DNA of 64,000 nucleotides from Candidatus Woesearchaeota archaeon (GTDB lineage Archaea; Nanobdellota; Nanobdellia; Woesearchaeales; GW2011-AR15): NCBI GenBank assembly GCA_038874655.1, contig JAVZBY010000003.1, positions 57,326 to 121,325 of the forward strand, read 5' to 3'. Shown piece by piece: positions 60,896 to 64,000 of this stretch (position 1 is its first letter; each line of letters starts with the position of its first letter). The notes under the pieces were generated by a model. It saw only the letters and a program-made list of their open reading frames with translations, ran no database searches and was not told where the DNA came from. The position numbers and the translations under genes were made by a program.

Positions 60896-62353
60896 ATGAA
60901 AAAAGATAAAAAAAACTATAAACTTGAATTTACAGGTAATTGGTTCATAGATACAGGAATTCTAGGATTTGTTAATCTAATGGGAGAAGTTTATGGATGG
61001 AATCTAGAAGAATTAAATAAAAAAATAGAAGAAGATGAGGAGAAGGTTTATTATGGGTATTTTCCGTTTGGTTATGTTTATTACAATAATTTAATTTGTA
61101 AAGAGAAAAAAAAAGAAAATCATAATATATATATAGAAAAAATTGAAAAGGAGATTAAAGAACTTAAAGAAAATATATTTGAAAAAACATGGGATATAAT
61201 AAAAAAAAGTTATTTTAATAACGGGAGGATTGATTTAAGATCAAAAAATTCTTTTTATTTTTTTCAAAATTTTTTATTTTTTCAACCAAATGTTAAAGAG
61301 GATAAGCAAAAAGAAAACTTCAAAGAAATATTAGGGTTAACTGAACCAAAAAAAGAAGCTCTAATTAATATTGACAAAACAATAAATAAAATTTTACCAT
61401 CAAAAAAGGAATTTTCGAATATCTCCTATACAGATAATTTTTTTAATAATATTTTTAATAATTATATTTTTTTCATAAATTTCCCTTTTGCTTTTCAAGA
61501 GATTAATAAAGAAAATTTATTTTTTTACTCAAATAATCTATCTGTTTCATATCTACTAACTCAAAAAATTAAGAAAATGAAAATTAAATCTATTTCTATA
61601 GATAAAGATTCTTTTTTTAAAATTCCTTGGAATATACTCATAGATTTAATAATAGAAAAAAAAACAGAGTGGGCATTAGAGAATTTGTACATAATAAAAT
61701 ATAAGACAGGAGAAAATCAAAAAATAGAAGTAGAATACATACCATTTCCAAAACTCCAATCCTCATTAATAATAGATGAAAAAATTCGTGAAAATTTAAA
61801 CAAAAATATTTTGATATATAGCAAAAATAGTAAGATAAAAGATAAATATGTTTGGATTATTGAAGAATTTATAAAAGGAAAGCCCTTATATCCATTAATT
61901 TTAAATCATATTAATCTAGTTTTAGGTGAAGAAACAAATTTGGTTTTTAATGCTTCTTTTTATTCTTTAATAATTGAAGCAAAGATAAAAAAAATAAGAG
62001 AAATTGAAAAAAATATATTTAGTCAAAATTTTTTTGATAATTACAAAGATTTATTAGATAAAATTAAAGAAGAAATTATTCTGTGCTCTATAAATGCAAA
62101 TTTTATTAATCAAATTTCAAATGATTCTAAAACAAAAAAAAGAATTGCCATAGAATTATATAATTCTATTAAAGAAAAAAACAAAAATCTATTTTTAAAT
62201 ATCTTATTAAAAAATTTAAATGAGAATTTAAAATTATGTCGAAATAAAAACATAAAAGAGTTTATTTTTAAAAAAATAATAAATAATGAAAAAACTTTTG
62301 AATATTATTCCTTGATTCTAGTTCTTTATTTAATAAAAGGTGAAAAAAAATGA
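60896..62353 (+). CDS. cas8: Type I large subunit Cas8 (I-B-like)
   Basis: FTGNWFIDTGILGF N-terminus; position between cas6 and cas7. Confidence 0.75.
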   Translation: MKKDKKNYKLEFTGNWFIDTGILGFVNLMGEVYGWNLEELNKKIEEDEEKVYYGYFPFGYVYYNNLICKEKKKENHNIYIEKIEKEIKELKENIFEKTWDIIKKSYFNNGRIDLRSKNSFYFFQNFLFFQPNVKEDKQKENFKEILGLTEPKKEALINIDKTINKILPSKKEFSNISYTDNFFNNIFNNYIFFINFPFAFQEINKENLFFYSNNLSVSYLLTQKIKKMKIKSISIDKDSFFKIPWNILIDLIIEKKTEWALENLYIIKYKTGENQKIEVEYIPFPKLQSSLIIDEKIRENLNKNILIYSKNSKIKDKYVWIIEEFIKGKPLYPLILNHINLVLGEETNLVFNASFYSLIIEAKIKKIREIEKNIFSQNFFDNYKDLLDKIKEEIILCSINANFINQISNDSKTKKRIAIELYNSIKEKNKNLFLNILLKNLNENLKLCRNKNIKEFIFKKIINNEKTFEYYSLILVLYLIKGEKK

Positions 62354-62694
62354 CTGAAAAATATTATTGGCAAAGAGTATTAGGTGATGAAAAATTAAAA
62401 CTTGATCTTAAAAAATTAAAAGAAACCTCTTTTGAAGTTTTCAAAAATGAGTCAGATAATTATAAACAAAAATTAGTATATAATCTCTTAGAATATGTAA
62501 AAAATAATGATCAAAAAAGATTTTTTTATATTTTATTAAAATCAATAAATAAACCAAAAGAAGATTTTCTCATATTAATAAAAAAGTTAGAGGATTATTA
62601 TGATGTTATGCCTGAAAGTGTTTTTATAAATTTTGCTTATTCAATTATTTTAGGCATAATGTCTTCATATACAGGAGGTGTTAAAAATGAATGA
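62350..62694 (+). CDS. Putative Cas11 small subunit
   Basis: 114-aa helical protein between cas8 and cas7, similar to the Cas8 C-terminus. Confidence 0.55.
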   Translation: MTEKYYWQRVLGDEKLKLDLKKLKETSFEVFKNESDNYKQKLVYNLLEYVKNNDQKRFFYILLKSINKPKEDFLILIKKLEDYYDVMPESVFINFAYSIILGIMSSYTGGVKNE

Positions 62695-63745
62695 AGAAAT
62701 AAAAGAAGATTCTAAAACAGAAGAAAAAAATTATAGAAAATATATTGTGATGGATATTGTTTTCCATGCAAGTTCATTAAATTATGATCAAGGTCATGGA
62801 AATTTTCAAGAATTAAAGAAGATTACAAAATGGGATGGAAGACAATATACTTTAGTTAGTAGATATGCTTTAAGATATAGTATTTTACATTGGGCAAATA
62901 AATTACATCCAGATACTTGGAAATTAGCAGGCAAGGATGAATTAGAAGCAGAAAAAGAGGGTGTAGCTTCTCCTAAAATCAATATTATTGAAGACAAAAA
63001 AATACTAGATTATTCTGAATTTGACCTATTTGGATTTATGGCTGCTAAAAAAAAAGAAAATAAGAATAAAAAAGATGAAAAAACATATACAAGAGTTTCA
63101 CCTGTAAAAATTTCGCATGCAATTTCACTAACACCTTTTAATTTTGATAATCATTTTACGGCTAATTTAGATAATATGAAAAGAGCAGGTGGTGAAGGAA
63201 GCAATCCTGTTAATTTAGAAGAAAAAAAGGATTTCTATATTTATAGTGTTGTTATTGATGTTGATAGAGTTGGAAAATACTTATTAAAAGAACATGGTAA
63301 TGATAAAATAGGAGATATAGATAAAACAGAAGAAAAAAATACTAGAATTAAAACTCTAATTGAAACATTATTATGTCTAAAAAGAGAAATAAAAGGAAGA
63401 TTAGAAGATTTATCTCCCTGGTTAATGATATGTGGTCTCTATAGAAATGGGAATTTTAATACTTTTCTTGATAGAATTGAATTATCTAAAAATAATATTT
63501 ATAAAATAATAACAAAAACAAAAGAAATTGTAGATAGTGAAGGAAGAAAAGTTATTGAAATTGAAAATGAAGTTATTGAATCAAATCCTCCTAAATTTAT
63601 TATTTATGATACTAAAGAATTAACGGAAATTAAAAAAGAAGATTTATTAAAAAAAATAGATGATTTTCTCCAAAAAAACATTATTAATAATGAAATTTTT
63701 GTCTTTAAAAGGAAAGGTCTTGAGGTATCTTATAAAAATGAGTGA
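62687..63745 (+). CDS. cas7: Cas7 (Cst2/DevR family)
   Basis: SLNYD, LKK, VSRYALRY, FDLFGFM and RVSPVKISHAISL motifs. Confidence 0.92.
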   Translation: MNEEIKEDSKTEEKNYRKYIVMDIVFHASSLNYDQGHGNFQELKKITKWDGRQYTLVSRYALRYSILHWANKLHPDTWKLAGKDELEAEKEGVASPKINIIEDKKILDYSEFDLFGFMAAKKKENKNKKDEKTYTRVSPVKISHAISLTPFNFDNHFTANLDNMKRAGGEGSNPVNLEEKKDFYIYSVVIDVDRVGKYLLKEHGNDKIGDIDKTEEKNTRIKTLIETLLCLKREIKGRLEDLSPWLMICGLYRNGNFNTFLDRIELSKNNIYKIITKTKEIVDSEGRKVIEIENEVIESNPPKFIIYDTKELTEIKKEDLLKKIDDFLQKNIINNEIFVFKRKGLEVSYKNE

Positions 63746-64000
63746 ACAAACAATTTATCTAGAAATTTTTCAACCTTTTGCTCAATATAGAAATCCCTTT
63801 ACTTTTTATTATGCACAATCCTTTCCTTTACCTCCTAAATCTACAGTAATAGGTATGCTTCAAAATGCATGTGATGATTGGTATGGGCATAAGAATTTAG
63901 AGGAATGGAAAAATTTAAAAGTCAGTATACATGGTGGCTGTGAGAGTATTTTTTGGAATTACCAACAATTAATAAAAGGCAATATAGAAATAGAAAATGG
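63738..64000 (+). CDS. cas5: Cas5 (partial, runs off the window end)
   Basis: MSEQTIYLEIFQPFAQYRNPF...SFPLPPKSTVIGML. Confidence 0.9.
   Translation, partial: MSEQTIYLEIFQPFAQYRNPFTFYYAQSFPLPPKSTVIGMLQNACDDWYGHKNLEEWKNLKVSIHGGCESIFWNYQQLIKGNIEIEN

Noticed and set aside
509-62997. Many short antisense or overlapping ORFs (e.g. 509..796, 3438..3791, 6305..6628, 32554..32802, 62806..62997)
   Set aside because: They lie opposite or inside well-supported genes and have no motifs
60000-64000. CRISPR array near the cas genes
   Set aside because: No regularly spaced repeats seen in the window; any array lies outside it

Overview
Very AT-rich archaeal chromosome segment, most consistent with a DPANN (Woesearchaeota-like) genome. 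Archaeal markers include aIF5A, L40e, class I LysRS, 7S SRP RNA and TATA-type promoters, mixed with several bacterial-type housekeeping genes. Main blocks: (1) 4.0-16.7 kb, a cell-surface operon with two paralogous pilin-like subunits, two membrane-anchored Ig-like proteins and a 2485-aa LamG/beta-propeller adhesin ending in the same pilin-like domain, led by an HTH gene with three palindromic operators; (2) tRNA-Asn, a T2SS-F/TadC-like gene and several large Cys-rich secreted proteins; (3) translation and housekeeping genes; (4) a near-complete LysW-dependent alpha-aminoadipate lysine operon at 47.8-57.1 kb that lacks lysK, has a LysW ending in EDWGQ instead of EDWGE, and contains a class II glutamine amidotransferase-like Ntn hydrolase, the strongest candidate for an undescribed system; (5) the start of a type I-B-like cas operon (cas6-cas8-cas11-cas7-cas5) whose promoter shares a 21-bp motif, at identical spacing to the TATA box, with a distant solo Cas4-like nuclease. 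No CRISPR array is in the window. All calls come from reading motifs by eye; no searches were run.
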